A DNA stretch of 64,000 nt from Batkoa obscura. Lineage: Eukaryota. The first letter of the stretch is position 1; each line of letters begins with the position of its first letter. The stretch covers positions 1,798,001 to 1,862,000 of the forward strand of contig JASVEC010000001.1 of assembly GCA_030770535.1 (NCBI GenBank), given 5' to 3'. The translations under genes were made by a program, and so were the position numbers. The notes under the pieces are model-generated. The model ran no database searches, was not told the origin of the DNA, and saw nothing but the letters and a program-made list of their open reading frames with translations. This document shows positions 14,562 to 28,976 of this stretch, piece after piece.

Positions 14562-14781
14562 GCAATACGATTTCTATTAATAAGAAATAATAACAATTAT
14601 TTTTATTTTAAATTCTTAATTAAAGTTTACATTATCTATTATATAATTGAGATAAAACTATTTTTATTTTTGGAACCAGTTTGTTTTGTTGATGATGTAA
14701 TTTCATAATAAGTGATGGTTTATTGATAGTAGTAAATAGCTCAATAAATATGAATAGATAAGTGTTTAAATAATACTATAT

Positions 14782-14880
14782 GGGGATGTATTTTTGTGTT
14801 TAAGAGTTTTACTGACAGCTTTTCCGCTCAAATAGCGCTTAAAAAATTGAAAAAGTTATGAAACCAAAAAAAACACCCCC
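14782..14880. mobile_element. MITE family M
   Basis: ATAT TSD on both sides, GGGGATGT...ACACCCCC. Confidence 0.92.
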
Positions 14881-15130
14881 ATATGTTATTTTGTAGATTG
14901 ATTAAATAACAGATTGAATTTATAGTACGTTGAACTTTGATATGAATTCAAATCAAGCTAGTTTTGAAATAAAATTCAAGTCACACTTAAGTGGATTTCT
15001 GTTTTAAAAAGTGAGTTTTATAATTAAACAGTATAGCATATAAGTTGCTTATTGTCAATAATAAAACAATCGAATATTTAAATGAATCTTTAATATTTAA
15101 ATGAATCTTTTAATATTTATAGCATCTAAT

Positions 15131-15230
15131 AGGGATGTATTTTTGTGTTTAAGGATTTTACTAACAATTTTTCCACTCAAATAGCGCTTAAAAGATGGAA
15201 AAGGTAATGAAACAAAAAAAAACACCCCCC
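15131..15230. mobile_element. MITE family M
   Basis: TAAT TSD on both sides. Confidence 0.9.
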
Positions 15231-15523
15231 TAATTTAAAATAAGAGTTTCTATAAAGTATGTAGATATTATTAAATATGTTAAATTATTTATAAAACAGT
15301 TCCAATTCTTGCCTAAAATTAATATTATCAAAAAATACTTGTTCTCGCCATCACTTCATACTAGCAAACTTTAAACAAACCTGTCTAATTTTATAAAACT
15401 TAATAAAAGCTTATTATTATCCTAAAGAAATTCATTTACAAGCTGAAACTCATCTATCATTTACAAACAATCTCATTTAATTCCATAAATAAAATATTAC
15501 TTTATTTAATTTCCCTATATCTT

Positions 15524-16026
15524 TCATTCTTCTTCTTCTTCATCCTCTTCCTCTTCTTCTTCCTCCTCTTTTACTTTCTTATCATTAGTTTCGTTCGAAG
15601 GCAACCAATTGATTTTAGTTTTATTAATATATGGCCAAGGTAATAAGGTAAGCTAAATAAAATAAAAAACAAGTAATTAATCCTCATTTTCTACAATTAA
15701 AAGATTAATTAATTCTACTTACGAATAGAGTCAAACCAACACAACCAGCAAATATAAACCATAATTCTTGTAAAGATTGTCGATAAAAACCAATGGAAAA
15801 TGATGCAATCTATTTAGTAGAGATAATAATTGTTAGTTGCTTTTTTTAGATATTTTTTTAAACTTACAGCTGATACTATAGTTAATACTCTAAATAACAA
15901 TAAAGCGTCATGTTGACCTTTGAAATCCTAAATTATATAAATTATATCAGTTAATAATTATCCAGTATCAGTTGTATTCTAATGAATTACTATTATGCCT
16001 TCAAAAGCTTTTAAGGAGATGGACAT
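15524..16026 (-). CDS. SPC1: Signal peptidase complex subunit 1 (SPC12), four exons; missed by the ORF track
   Basis: Spliced translation MSISLKAFEGII|DFKGQH...two TM segments...LPWPYINKTKINWLP plus poly-E tail. Confidence 0.85.
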
Positions 16027-16970
16027 TTTTTTTTTAAAATAATAAAATAGTAAAATTAAAACTTAGAGTTACGTCTTTTAAATATATATGAGCATATTTT
16101 TTAATTTAGGTGTTTTGTTTTGATTTGATGTTAATTTGAGTGATTTTTATAAAAAAAATTGAACAATTAATTGCCACTCTGTTGATTATAATAAACACAT
16201 TAAAAAGAAAAAAGATTAGCTATATAAATACAATAGAATACGTTGAAGTTTTATATTAGTTATATTTTGTTTTTATAAAAATTCATTATGAAAAGTTTTT
16301 TACTATAAATTTCCTATTAAACCCTAAAATAAAAAACAGATTTCATAAAACTAATTCAAGTCAAAGGCGATGCATTTAAAGGTGTTTTTTATATTTAATT
16401 GTTTAAAAGACTGATTATTTTTATGAGAAATAAAATTTAGTAAATTAATTTAGCTTAAAATTTTAAATCAATATTGATCTAAATATCTCTTTTTAAATGA
16501 ACGGTTAAGGATATCGCATTTAATTTGAATTAACTAAAAATGATTCAATTTGACATTAAAATGGTATAATAGAAATGACGAAAATGATGTGTATTGATAT
16601 TTAGATTACATAAATAATTTATTTTATATTAGATTTATACCTAAATGAATAGTTTATAGTATATTCTAATTGATAAAGTTGAATTCTAAATTAAATCTTG
16701 TATAACATATTCTATAGCATCCTTTTAACTATTAATTTTTTTTTAGTATTTTTTAAAGTCAATGAATTCACTTTCCATCACTTTTTAATCTTTAAAACTC
16801 AACCCAACACTTAAAACTAACCAATAGCTGTGTTCTTATTCTAATAAGTGAACACCAAGTTTAAGTGATGGTGACCTCATAATTTCTTTTAAATTAAAAT
16901 TGGTTTTTAAGAATATTCAATAAAAGATTTTTTTTAGTTTTAATATTTATTTAAGCCACTTTAAAAAAAG

Positions 16971-19900
16971 ATGTTTGAAGCGGTAGTAGTAAGCGTATTG
17001 AATAAATTTTTAGGGGATTATGTAGAAAATTTTCAAGCAAATCAATTGAATATTGCTATTTGGAATGGTAGCTTTTATTGTTTATACTATTATTTATACT
17101 AACTTTTATAGGTGATATCAAACTTAAAAATTTAAGGTTGAAAGATGAAGCGCTCAGTAAATTAAAGTTGCCTATGGATTTTAAAGAAGGTAATTCATTT
17201 AATAATTTTACTATGTAATTCCGATGCTAAATTTAAATCACAGGCTATTTGGGTGAGTTAACAATGAAGATCCCTTGGCATAACTTAAAAAACTTACCTG
17301 TAGCGGTATCGATCAAGAACGTATATTTATTAATATCTCCAAAGGATGTAGTAGACCTTGACCCTAAAGAAGAAGAGGAACGTTCACAAAAATTAAAACA
17401 AGAAAAATTAGAAACTTCTGAATTAATGTTATTTAAAAACAATACTTCTCAAGAAGAAGATGCTAAACAATCTTCTTTTACTACTCAATTGGTGACGAAG
17501 ATCCTAGATAACTTACAAGTTTCTATTGAAAATATTCATCTTAGATACGAAGATAATATTTCAAACCCTGGCCACCTTTTTGCTATTGGTGTTACCCTCT
17601 CTCAAATATCAGCTGTTTCTACGGATGAAAATTGGAATGAAGCTATTATTGACAGTACCTCTAAAGTCATTCATAAATTACTTACTTTAAAAAAGTTTGG
17701 TATTTATTGGAATACTGAAACCAAGTCTTTAGGAGGTAAATCAGTGGATGATGCTATTCGTACTTTTATGGGACTTATACCAAATGAGGAAGATAATGAT
17801 TTAGGTGTTCAATATATATTAGAACCTGTGAGCGCATTAGGAAAATTAGTAGTTGATAGTGGTTTTGATACAGGAAAAACTAAAAATAAAGCCAATTTGG
17901 AGTTTGATCAATTTAACTTAATATTAGATAATGAACAATATCGTGATCTTATGCTAACAACTTCCATGTTTGATTTAGTAATGCGTAAACAAAAGTATAT
18001 TAAATATGAACCACCCAGTAAATTTAAATATAGTGAAAAGCCAATGGAATGGTTTCGGTTTGCAGCAAGATGTGTTTTAGATGAAATTCATCAAAAAAGA
18101 AGACAATGGACATGGGAGTATTTTGCCGAAAGGAGGGATGATAGAAATAGATATAAAGATTTATACACAAAACTTAAGTTACAAATTATTGATGAAGAAG
18201 GCCATGTTGAACTTAAAGCATTAGAGAGAAAACTAAAGTTTAGTGATATCAAATTTTATCGATCCTTATCCCTTCCAGAAATTAATCGAAAGAAAGCAAT
18301 TTTACAAAAAGCAGAAGAAGCCCAGCGACAGGCTTCTTGGTTAGGTTCTTGGCTTACCTGGGATTCGGGTGAAAAAAAAGAAGAGGATCCACTTATCTCT
18401 GAAGAACAAATGCAACAGTTATATGAAACAATTGATTATGATGAAGATGTTGCTTTACAGGTAGCAGATTTACCAAGAGAATTTGTCTTACTTGCATTAC
18501 AAGCTCAGCTTAAAAAAGGTTCCTTTATCTTAAGAAGTGATCCGCATGGAACCGTGAATGATATTATTTCATTAAATATGAAGAACTTTTCAGTTGACTT
18601 TTTACAGAGAGTAAACTCATTCAAAGCCAAACTTCAATTGAATGAGTTAGAACTGTTGGATGGTAGTGATTCTAATACAATTTATCCAAAGCTTATAAAA
18701 GTATCTGAAGAAGAAGTTTTTAAAGAGTTAACATCGTCAGAAGAAGAAGAAATGAAGAATAATAATCCCTTCTTTGATCTTGTTTATGAAAACAACCCAT
18801 TGTCTGGGAACTCTGATAATGCAATAAGTTTGAAGATGAGAAACCTCCAAATTATATATAACCCATCTACTGTAAATACAGTCATTGATTTCTTTAAACC
18901 ACCTAAACCAGCCTATGATTCTGTAAGTGCTTTGATTGAAGCAGCTGGCAACAAATTGGAAGGTTTGAAAAAACAAACTACAGCATCGTTACAGTACGCT
19001 TTAGAAGAGCATAAGACATTAGATTTACTAGTGGATATCAAAGCACCTTTAATTATTGTTCCACATAGTTTTACCGATTCCGATTCTCAAGTAGTATTGT
19101 TAGATTCTGGACATATCAGTATGGATAGTAAAACAATTGATAAAGTCAAGAGACAAGAAGTACAAGAAAAACATATTGATGAATTTACAGAAAAAGATTT
19201 TAAAAGTTTAGAATCTATGATGTATGATAAATTTGATCTAGAACTTACATCAGTCCAATTAGTAGCTGGTAATTCATTAACACAATGTTTAGAAGCAGTT
19301 CAAGATAGTAAGCCAGCTGGTGATTTACATATTGTAGATCGTATCAATGTTAAATTTTCTGTATTAATATCTATTTTACCACAAGTCACTCATTTAACCA
19401 AAGTTTGTTTATCTGGTCATCTTCCTATTTTAAAAGTTAATTTTTCAGATCATAAATATAAAGCATTGATGTCAACTATTGATCTTATATTGCCATCTTC
19501 TAATGATACTAAAGCCAATCAAAATTTGGAAAAAAATGAATTAGGAGATGAGGTTAAACCAATATCTGAGTTATCTACAGCAGGAATAGCAGATTATGTA
19601 TTTAGTGGGGAAGATGTTGATTTTAGTAGTAAAGTCTTAAATGAACCAACAGAAAATCAAGAAGATGATGAGGAATTTTTTGATGCAGAAGACAAAGTTG
19701 ATGTTGAATTTGAAGCTAAATTTCAAAATCTAAATCAAAAATTATTTGTATTAGATTTTAAAATTGATAAACTTAAAGCATCCATTCGTAAAGCAGACCA
19801 AGATATTAATCATACAGAAACTGAATTAGCTGATGCACATCTAGATGGTTTCTCTTTACATGTAACTCAATACCCTTATCATATGGATGTAGACATTGCT

Positions 19901-22900
19901 ATTAAAACAGTCAATATCTTTGATAAATTGAATTCAGATGCTCAATTTACACATTTAATTACATCCGAGGATGTTAGTGAAGATAAAAATAAAGAAGGTG
20001 GTAAAGATTTAATGAAGATAAATTATATACGTGCCAATTCAGAATCCCCAGAATTCGTATCTAGATTTAATGAAATTAATCAAATGTTAGATGTTTCTTT
20101 TTCTAAATTATATGTGATTGTTACTCAAAAATCCATTTTATCATTATATAATTTTATTTTAGTTACGTTTACTTCCAATTCATCAACTGATAATCAAAAT
20201 GATACATCGATAATTAATTCTTCAAATGAAGATGATAAACAAGAGGAAATTATAAATAATTCTACTATTATGGTAAAGACTAGAATGGATTCCATTCATT
20301 TAATATTAAATGATGATGGTTATAAAATTGCAACTATTAATCTTTATGATGGTGATTTAACTGTATTAATGACGCATAGTTCATTAAGATTAGATACTAA
20401 ATTAAAGAATTTATCAATTATAGATAACACAGATGAATATAATGATTTATTAAAAGAAAACCAATATAAATTATTATCCATTGATACAAAAGAAGTAGCT
20501 GAAATTCGATATGAAAGTTTTAATAATAAATCTTTAGATTTAGGTTATGATAGTTTAGTTCATATCAATATCGGTGCTTTACGTTTATTGTTCCTTGAAG
20601 AACAATTTACTTGCTTATTATCTTTCTTTTCTAGATTTGCTGAAATGCATTTGTTATTTGAAACAGCAAGACAAGCTGCAATGAATTCCGCTTCTCAATT
20701 ACAAGAACAAGTAAATAGATTGAAATTTGAAATCTCCATTAAATCTCCCAAAGTTATCTTTCCAAAAAATTCAAAATCAAAAGATTTTATTACAGCTAAT
20801 TTAGGAGAATTAATTATCAGTAATAATTTTAGTAATAATACAGAATTGAAAAATAATCTACAAATATTAAATACCATTCAATTACAATTAAGTTCCATCT
20901 TTTTATCTTCTTCTATTGAATTTGAAGAATTTAATCAAAATTTGCAAATTATTGAAGATATCAGTTTGGATTTAAAAGTTATTTTATGTGATTATATTAA
21001 ATCTTCAAGTAGACCAGAAAAAGAAATCGTGGGTTCTTTAGCACCAGTATCTTTAAAATTAACCAGAAAACAATATGAGTTATTAATGGATGTATTTAAT
21101 TCAACTATGAGAGTAATTAATGGTAATCCAGAACAACAAGGAGCAGTTAATCATTTGAACGATAGTAATACTGAAGAGAATAAAGAACAAAAAGAAGTTG
21201 AAAAAGATACAAAAAATAACTCAAATAAACAAGAAGATGAAATTGATGACTTACATAATACATTAGATGCAGTGTTTTCATTAGAAAAAGTATATTTGGA
21301 ACTTTATGACGGAGAAAATCCAGAAGAACTTTCAACTTCTAAATTAGCAGAATTATCCTTAAATAATACAAGTATTAAATATTTAGCTCAATCTAATGGA
21401 ATAACTGAAATGGAATCTGAAATTCATAGTTTCGTTGTACTTGATTCAAGAACAGATTTCAAATATCCCTTTAGAGAAATTATACCTGCTATAACTCATG
21501 AAGGCCCTCAATTTATGGCACATATTTCAACAAAACCAAATTCGCCAGCTACTTATTTAATTACAATTGATAGTCCAAAAGTAGTATTGTCTGTTGAGTT
21601 TTTATTAGCTATACAAAATTTTATTCTTAGTCCATTTCAAGATTTTAATGAAAATGTATCGGATGTTATAGATGAAACAGATACTATATTTTCATTAGAA
21701 GATTCCAATAAACCAGTAAATGAAACTAATAATAAATCACAGGTTAGTTTCTTTTATCGTGTTAATGTAGTAGATGCCGAAGTTATTGTATTGGCTGATA
21801 TACGTAATCCATCTTCAGAAGCTATTGTATTATCTATTCAACAAATTGTTATGTCACAACAAGGTGTTTTATCTTTAGTAGTTGATCGAATTGGAATGGG
21901 TCTATGTCAAATGAATTCAAGACAAAAAAGTTCCTTAAGATTTATCGATAATTTTGATATCATATTATCTTTAAATGAACAAATTAATAAGGGAGAACAT
22001 AGTGTTACGGATATCTATGCTGATATTAAACCATTAATATTACGTTTATCTTATAGAGATTTGATGTTAATTACAGATATTATTAACAAATTTACTAAAG
22101 TATTTTATTCAACATCATCAGATAAAGATAATAAATCAAAAAAAGAAGTTATTAATCAACCCTTAGCTATTAATACTTCTTTAGATCGACATAATCGTAC
22201 TTTATCAATGAATAGTACATTTTCATTAAGTAGTTCTACTCAAACTTATTATCAAGTAATTAATAGAGAAACTCTCAAAGTAACAATACAAGGATTACAA
22301 GTAATATTAATTCGAGATGCTTATGATTTACCAATAATTGATATTAATACAGAACCTTTTACCATTAACGTATCTGATTGGTCCACTCATTTAAAAGCTG
22401 AATTACAATTACAATTAAATGCCAATTTTTTCAATTTAAAAAATTCACATTGGGAACCATTAATTGAACCTTGGTCTTTATCTACTACATTTTCTAAACC
22501 ATCCAATGAAAGTAGTAAAATCGAATTACAATCTAAAAAACTATTAGATTTTAATGTAACACCAGCTATTATTGAAACAATGTTAAGTTTTTTTGAAGAA
22601 ATTAAAGAAAGTAGTCCATTAGATACACCTAGGGGTATTCATATACCTTATATCATTAGAAATCGTACAGGTTATGCTATGCATATTTGGGGAGATATTA
22701 ATGGAGGTGATTCATCAAGTATATCATTAAAACGTATTCCAGATGGAGAAGATTTAAATTGGCGATTTTATGATTGGAAAGAAACAAGAGAAAATTTATC
22801 ACAAGGTAGAAATTGTCTAGGATTACAATTTGAAAATGTGACATGGGAAAGTTTAAAAGATATAATTGTTGATCAAGAAGGAGTAACAACGTATCAATTA

Positions 22901-25900
22901 CGTCCACTATTAATGGGAGTTGCACATCGATTAGTTTGCGAAGTTAAATTAAAAAATAATGTAAAAATAGTTACATTTCGATCTCCATTAGTTATTGAAA
23001 ATGCATCATTATTACCAATGGAAATGGTAGTAGTTGATAGTTCAAAAAAACATTTATCTTCAATTACTATTATTCAACCTGGAGATCAATGTTCCGTACC
23101 AATTGAATCAGCTTATCGATTTGGTTTATTGGTAAGACCACATTCTGGATTTGGATATGATTGGTGTAATCAATATTTTTATTGGAGAGAATTTTTAATT
23201 GATGCACCAGTAAATACATTAATATGTCCATCTTTAGATAAAGAAATTAGTCCATTTCATATACAAATTCATGGACAATTTAATGTTAAAGATCCTATGA
23301 CAGTTAATTACCCTTGTATTACTTTTAAGTTATCAGCACCAATGGAATTAGAAAACTTATTACCTTATGATTTAAGATTTAATTTTTATTGGAATAATAA
23401 TCAAAATGAATATAATAATTTTTTAAAAAGAGGTGGAATATCACCTATTCATGAAGTTGATGTTAGAAAATCATTAGAAATGAGTTTACAAGTTTGGGAT
23501 ACAGAATATCAATCAAGTAAACGAATATTAATTAAAAACCCCAATAAATTAATTTATGATAATAATTATAATAATCATAATAATAATAATCCAATAATTC
23601 AATTAATTGATAATAATGGAACGGAATTAATATTATTTACATCAATCAAATCAATACCAAAGTCAGGTGGATCCTTTAAATTAAGTATTTATTGTCCTTA
23701 TATATTATTAAATAAAACAGGAGTAGATATGTATTTTAAAACTAATAGTCATTCTAGACAAACTAGAATTGCTTCAGGTAATGATGATTTAAAAGGTAAA
23801 AAAATATTACCTCATATGTTTTCATATGGATTAAATGAAAATCGAAAAAGAGCTTTTGTTAAAATTGGACAATCAGAATGGAGTCATCCAGTATCCTTTG
23901 AAGCATCTGGTAGTGTTAGTGAATTAATATTAAAATCAATTGATCGACCAGAACAAATTCATTTAGGTGTTAGTATTGAGGATGGTTTGGGCAAATTTTG
24001 TTTTACAAGATTAGTTTCATTTACACCAAGATTTATTATAAAAAATAATTTAAATACCAATATTAATTTTAGAGAATTTACAGCAACAACATCATCCATT
24101 GTTAGACCCAATGAAAGTACTCCATTATATTTTTTATCTCAATTACAAAATAAAATGTTAACAATTTGTTATCCTGGATTAAATAATTTATGGAGTGCTC
24201 CTTTTAAAATAGATACAGTAGGAAAAATTCATGTTCAATTGAGTAAAATAAACTCAGGTATTGAGTTAATTAAAGTAGATGTTCAATTACAAGGAGCAAC
24301 TATATTTATTATATTAGAAAAAGAAACTGGTAAATGGCCATTTAGAATTGAAAATATGACAGAAAGTAATGTAGTATTTTATCAAGCAGTTAATAGAGAT
24401 AAAGTATTACCTGGATTTAAAGAACCTAATCGATATAAATTAGCTTGTGGTAAAGCAGTACCTTATTCTTGGGATTTTCCATCTGTTGAAGATAAAGTAT
24501 TAAATATTGCAGTTGGACCAAGTATTCGTCAAATTGATTTTCAACAAATTGGAGCATTAATGCCATTTAGATATCATTCCGATAAAGGTATGAAAATTAT
24601 GTCCATTGATGTTATTGCAGAAGGTACAACCCAAGTACTTAAATTATCAAAATATATAGAAGCAGAATCATTATATAGACCAACCAGAATTAATTCAACA
24701 TCTTCTATATTAAATAGAACTCAATCTCAATCTCAATCTCAATCTCAATCTCAATCTCAATCTTCTTCTTCAGTAATAAGTAATAATAATAATAGTAATA
24801 ATCATGGGTTTGAAGTTATTGAAAAAGATGGTAAAGTATTATTCTTCTTTTCATTAAAATTAGAAGGAATTGGTATATCCGTAATTAATAAGCGGCATCA
24901 AGAATTAATGTATTGTAGTTTAAAAGATATCGATTTAAAATTTAAAGATTATTTATTATCTCAATCATTAAAATTAATTATAAAATGGATACAAATTGAT
25001 AATCAATTATTTGGTTCAATTTATCCTATATTATTATTTCCTACAGTAATTTCTAAATCAGGTAATGAATCTAATTTACATCCTACATTTCATATGGTAT
25101 TATCAAGAGATAAAGATTTATCTCATGGAGTAGAATCTATTAAATATTTTACTATATTATTACAAGAAATGTCATTTGAAATTGATGAGGATTTCTTGTA
25201 TTCTTTATTGGATTTTGCTAAACATTGTTTACCTCAACCTAAACAAATTGAAAATGAAGAAGAAGAATTATTCAATATTAATTTAGAAATACCTCAACCA
25301 AGTGTTATTATTGAAGATACAAAAATTTATTTCTCATTATTACATATACAACCATTAAAATTATCATTATCTTTTATGAGAACAGAACATAATGATCCAG
25401 AAGATGTTCAACCTCAATCTTCTAATCCATTAAGTTTTATTGTTAATGTATTAACTATGGCAATTGGTAGTATTAATGATGCACCTATTAAATTTAATTC
25501 ATTAGTATTAGAAAATTTATTAGCTGATTATTCGGTATTATTAGATCGATTGACATCTTATTATGGTCAAGAATTCATTTATCAAATTCATAAAATAGTT
25601 GGTTCAGCAGATGTTATTGGGAATCCTGTAGGTTTATTTAACAATTTAAGTTCAGGTGTTGTAGATATCTTTTATGAGCCTTATCAAGGTTTTGTTATGA
25701 GTGATCGACCACAAGATTTTGGTATTGGATTAGCTAGAGGTACAGCTTCTTTTGTTAAAAAAACAGTCTTTGGATTATCTGATTCCTTTTCTAAAATTAC
25801 GGGTTCATTGGGCAAAGGGTTAGCTGAAGTTACTATGGATAAAGCATTTATTGATCGAAGAAGATTAAATAAAACAAGAAATAAACCAAAACATGCATTA

Positions 25901-26542
25901 TATGGTGTGGCTCAAGGGGCCAATTCCTTGGGTTCTTCAGTGGCTAGTGGTATTTCTGGTGTTGTATTACAACCTATTGAAGGTGCTGAAAGGGATGGTG
26001 TTAGTGGTTTTTTCCGTGGAGTAGGTAAAGGATTAGTTGGTGTTGTAGCTAAACCCATGGTAGGTGCATTTGATTTAGTAAGTAATGTAGCAGAAGGTAT
26101 TCGAAATACAACTACAGTATTTGATACTGATTCAATCGATCGAATTCGATTACCTCGTTATATTGCCCCAGATGGTATTTTAAGACCCTATTCATCCAGA
26201 GAAGCACTTGGTCAAAAATGGTTACAAGAATTTAAAGAAGGGAAGTATTTTTCTGAAAAATATTTGGCGCATTATTCCATGAAAAATTCACAAACGGTGG
26301 TGATGTTGACGAGTAATCGAGTTTTACAAATTAAAGTGAGGAATTTAAGTTTGGATTGGGAATTACCATTTAGTGAATTGCAGTCTGTACAGACGGATGG
26401 GAATTCAATTACATTTGTTTCCAAGTTTGGGGGTAAAAGACCATTTATTGAAATTCCAGAACAATCAAGTCGACGTTGGTTTGCTTCTAGAATTGATGAA
26501 GCATTTGATTTGTATTTGTCAGCTCATAGACCAATGGAGTGA
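16971..26542 (+). CDS. VPS13: Vacuolar protein sorting 13 lipid-transfer protein; two short 5' introns, then a ~9.3-kb exon
   Basis: Chorein N-terminus [25 protein letters not shown]-like EFFDAED, VAB repeats, C-terminal [13 protein letters not shown] and PH-like tail. Confidence 0.96.
24721..24760 (+). repeat. (TCTCAA)n coding microsatellite (poly-SQ) inside VPS13
   Basis: Read directly in the sequence. Confidence 0.9.
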
Positions 26543-26985
26543 TTGAAAAAAGATATTGAGAGATTTTATGTTAAACAACTTAGTTTATTATGATATATGT
26601 ATGCTGTTTTCCTACTTTTTTATTAGTATTAAAGGTTTTATTTTTATTTTTATTTTTTTTAAATTGATGAGTTTAACTTATAAGTCTTTGTAAAGTTTAA
26701 GAACTATTGACATGAGAATGCTTTTTACCAATTGTCCTTTTTTGCTATTTTTTTAAATTTAGAAATTGATTAATCAATACGCTGTTTAAGCTTGAATATA
26801 TGCTAGCTAGCTGTTCATTTTACAATAAAAATTAACAAACCTTAAATTAACATGATAAAACAAATAGTTGATTACAAAATTTATCATTTGCCAGTACACA
26901 TTTGAACTTAAACAGTTGCATTAATTAGTTTCTAAATTTTAAAATAATAGCAAAAAGGGGTGATAGATAAAAAACATTCCCATAT

Positions 26986-27025
26986 GGGGATGTATTTTTT
27001 TATTTAAGAATTTTACTAACAATAT
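26986..27025. mobile_element. Partial MITE family M end, preceded by a degenerate opposite end
   Basis: ATAT then GGGGATGTATTTTT...TTAAGAATTTTACTAACAAT, after which the match stops. Confidence 0.65.
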
Positions 27026-27534
27026 TTTATTTTTTGTTTATTTTTAAATTAAACTATTAAGAAAATTTTTCATTTATTTTAATTTATTTTTTTTGAACAC
27101 TTATGGAGAATTAAAAAAGCTATATTTATTAAATATTTAATATTCAAATGAATTTAAGGGATGAGCCTATTTTTTTCAACAATTTATTTAACCAATAACC
27201 CCCTCATTAGATTAAATTTAACACAATCAATCAAAATCAATGCTACATATTTTAAAAAAAATAAAAGTATTTAATTATAGTGTTAATTTGCAAAATAAAT
27301 GCTTTTAAATTTCTAACTTACAAAATATTTAATGATTTAAATTTTCCCAACAAACACCTTTACTAAAATTACTTAATTTTTAAAAAAAAGTAGTATTTAA
27401 TACTTTAAAGCTTAATGCAATTATCTTTCTATTATTAAAATAATCCTATTTTATGCAAATTTTCTAAAAAAATTAAACCTTATTATTTTCTTTAAACATC
27501 TATCATTGATTTTAATTAATTGTAAATTAAAGTA

Positions 27535-27996
27535 TGTGAAAGTTGATACTTAGTGGTCGAAGTTAAAAGCTACTCTTGCTTAATTAACTTGCCTTGAGTC
27601 GAAGGGTCTTAGTTTATGTAACTAAGATAGACTTAACTTAATAGAAATAGTATGTAGTAAGCTGCGAATTATGTAAAACAAATACAATGGAAGATACTAC
27701 TGTAAAATCTATATAAAATGTTGTCAGAAAGACTTAGTGACTTTATTAATGATACGTTGTCAGGGAGTAATCCAATTAAAAAGCCTCGAGTTATCATATT
27801 GAAGAATCTCTTTTATACTCCAATAAGTATGGATATTAAAAGGAGATAATATTCTTTGCAATATGAAGTTAGAAATTCTCGCAGCAAATCAAAATAAGGG
27901 ACTCTGAATTGATTGTGCTTGAACTTGAGAATACAACAACTTAAGTGATTGTTGTGTTATAATCAACCTGAGAGCTAAATAAAGCAATATTTCACA
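27535..27996 (+). mobile_element. TGTGAAA...TTTCACA element (family L, solo-LTR-like)
   Basis: TG...CA ends with a 7-bp inverted repeat, AGTA TSD, AATAAA near the 3' end, homologous to six other copies. Confidence 0.88.
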
Positions 27997-28100
27997 AGTA
28001 TTAAATTTAAATAAACTGTTTTGATCCCAGAGCTATTAAAATTTCATAAAATTGATATAAAAAGACATAAATGAACTTTTCAGTATAAAAAACATATGGG

Positions 28101-28704
28101 TGTGAAATATTGCTTTATTTAGCTCTCGGATTGATTATAACGCAACAATCACTTAAGTTGCTGTGTTCTCAAGTTCAAATACAATCAAGTCAGAGTCCCT
28201 TATTTTGATTTGCTGCGAGAATTTCTAACTTCATATTGCAAGGAATAACATCCTCTCGTATTAATATCCATATTTATTGGAGTATAAAAGAGATTCTTCA
28301 ATATGATAACTCCAGGTTTTTTTTTAATTGGATTACTCCCTGATAACGTATCATTAATAAAGTCACTAAGTCTTTCTGACAACATCTGATATAGATTTTA
28401 TAGTAGTATCTTCCATTGTATTTGTTTTACATAATTTGTAGCTTACTACATACTATTTCTATTAAGTTAAGTCTACCTTAGTTATATAAACTAAGACCCT
28501 TCGACTCAAGGCAAGTTAATTAAGCAAGAGTAGCTTTTAACTTCGGCCACTAAGTATCAACTTTCACATGATAACTCCAGGTTTTTTCGCAGCAAATCAA
28601 AATAAGGGACTCTGACTTGATTGTATTTGAACTTGAGAACACAGCAACTTAAGTGATTGTTGCGTTATAATCAATCCGAGAGCTAAATAAAGCAATATTT
28701 CACA
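28101..28704 (-). mobile_element. Composite family L element: full copy 28101-28568 plus an inverted duplicate of its 3' end at 28587-28704
   Basis: Perfect 118-bp inverted ends; TGGG on both flanks; inserted into the end of a family M MITE. Confidence 0.88.
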
Positions 28705-28803
28705 TGGGGATGTATTTTTGTGTTTAAGAATTTTACTAACAATCTTTCCACTCAAATACCGCTTGAAAAATGGAAAAAATAATGAAGCCAAAAAAACACC
28801 CCC
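28705..28803. mobile_element. MITE family M whose first bases (28098-28100) were split off by the L composite
   Basis: ATAT at 28094-28097 and at 28804-28807. Confidence 0.88.
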
Positions 28804-28976
28804 ATATAATATAAAAAATTGCATAATACTAAATTTATCAATAATTGTTAATAGCTAACCAAAATAATTATATGATATACTGTTATTAAATCATGTGTCA
28901 TATAGTTAGTATTTTAAAAGGATCTGATAATTATAATATATTTATTATTAATGAATAGTAAATTTAAGTAAAGTGT

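Noticed and set aside
28200..28385. 61-64-aa ORFs (MLSERLSDFIND...) recurring in L elements, also at 33011-33205
   Set aside because: They start at TTG, are broken in other copies and show no recognisable domain; recurrence reflects repeat homology
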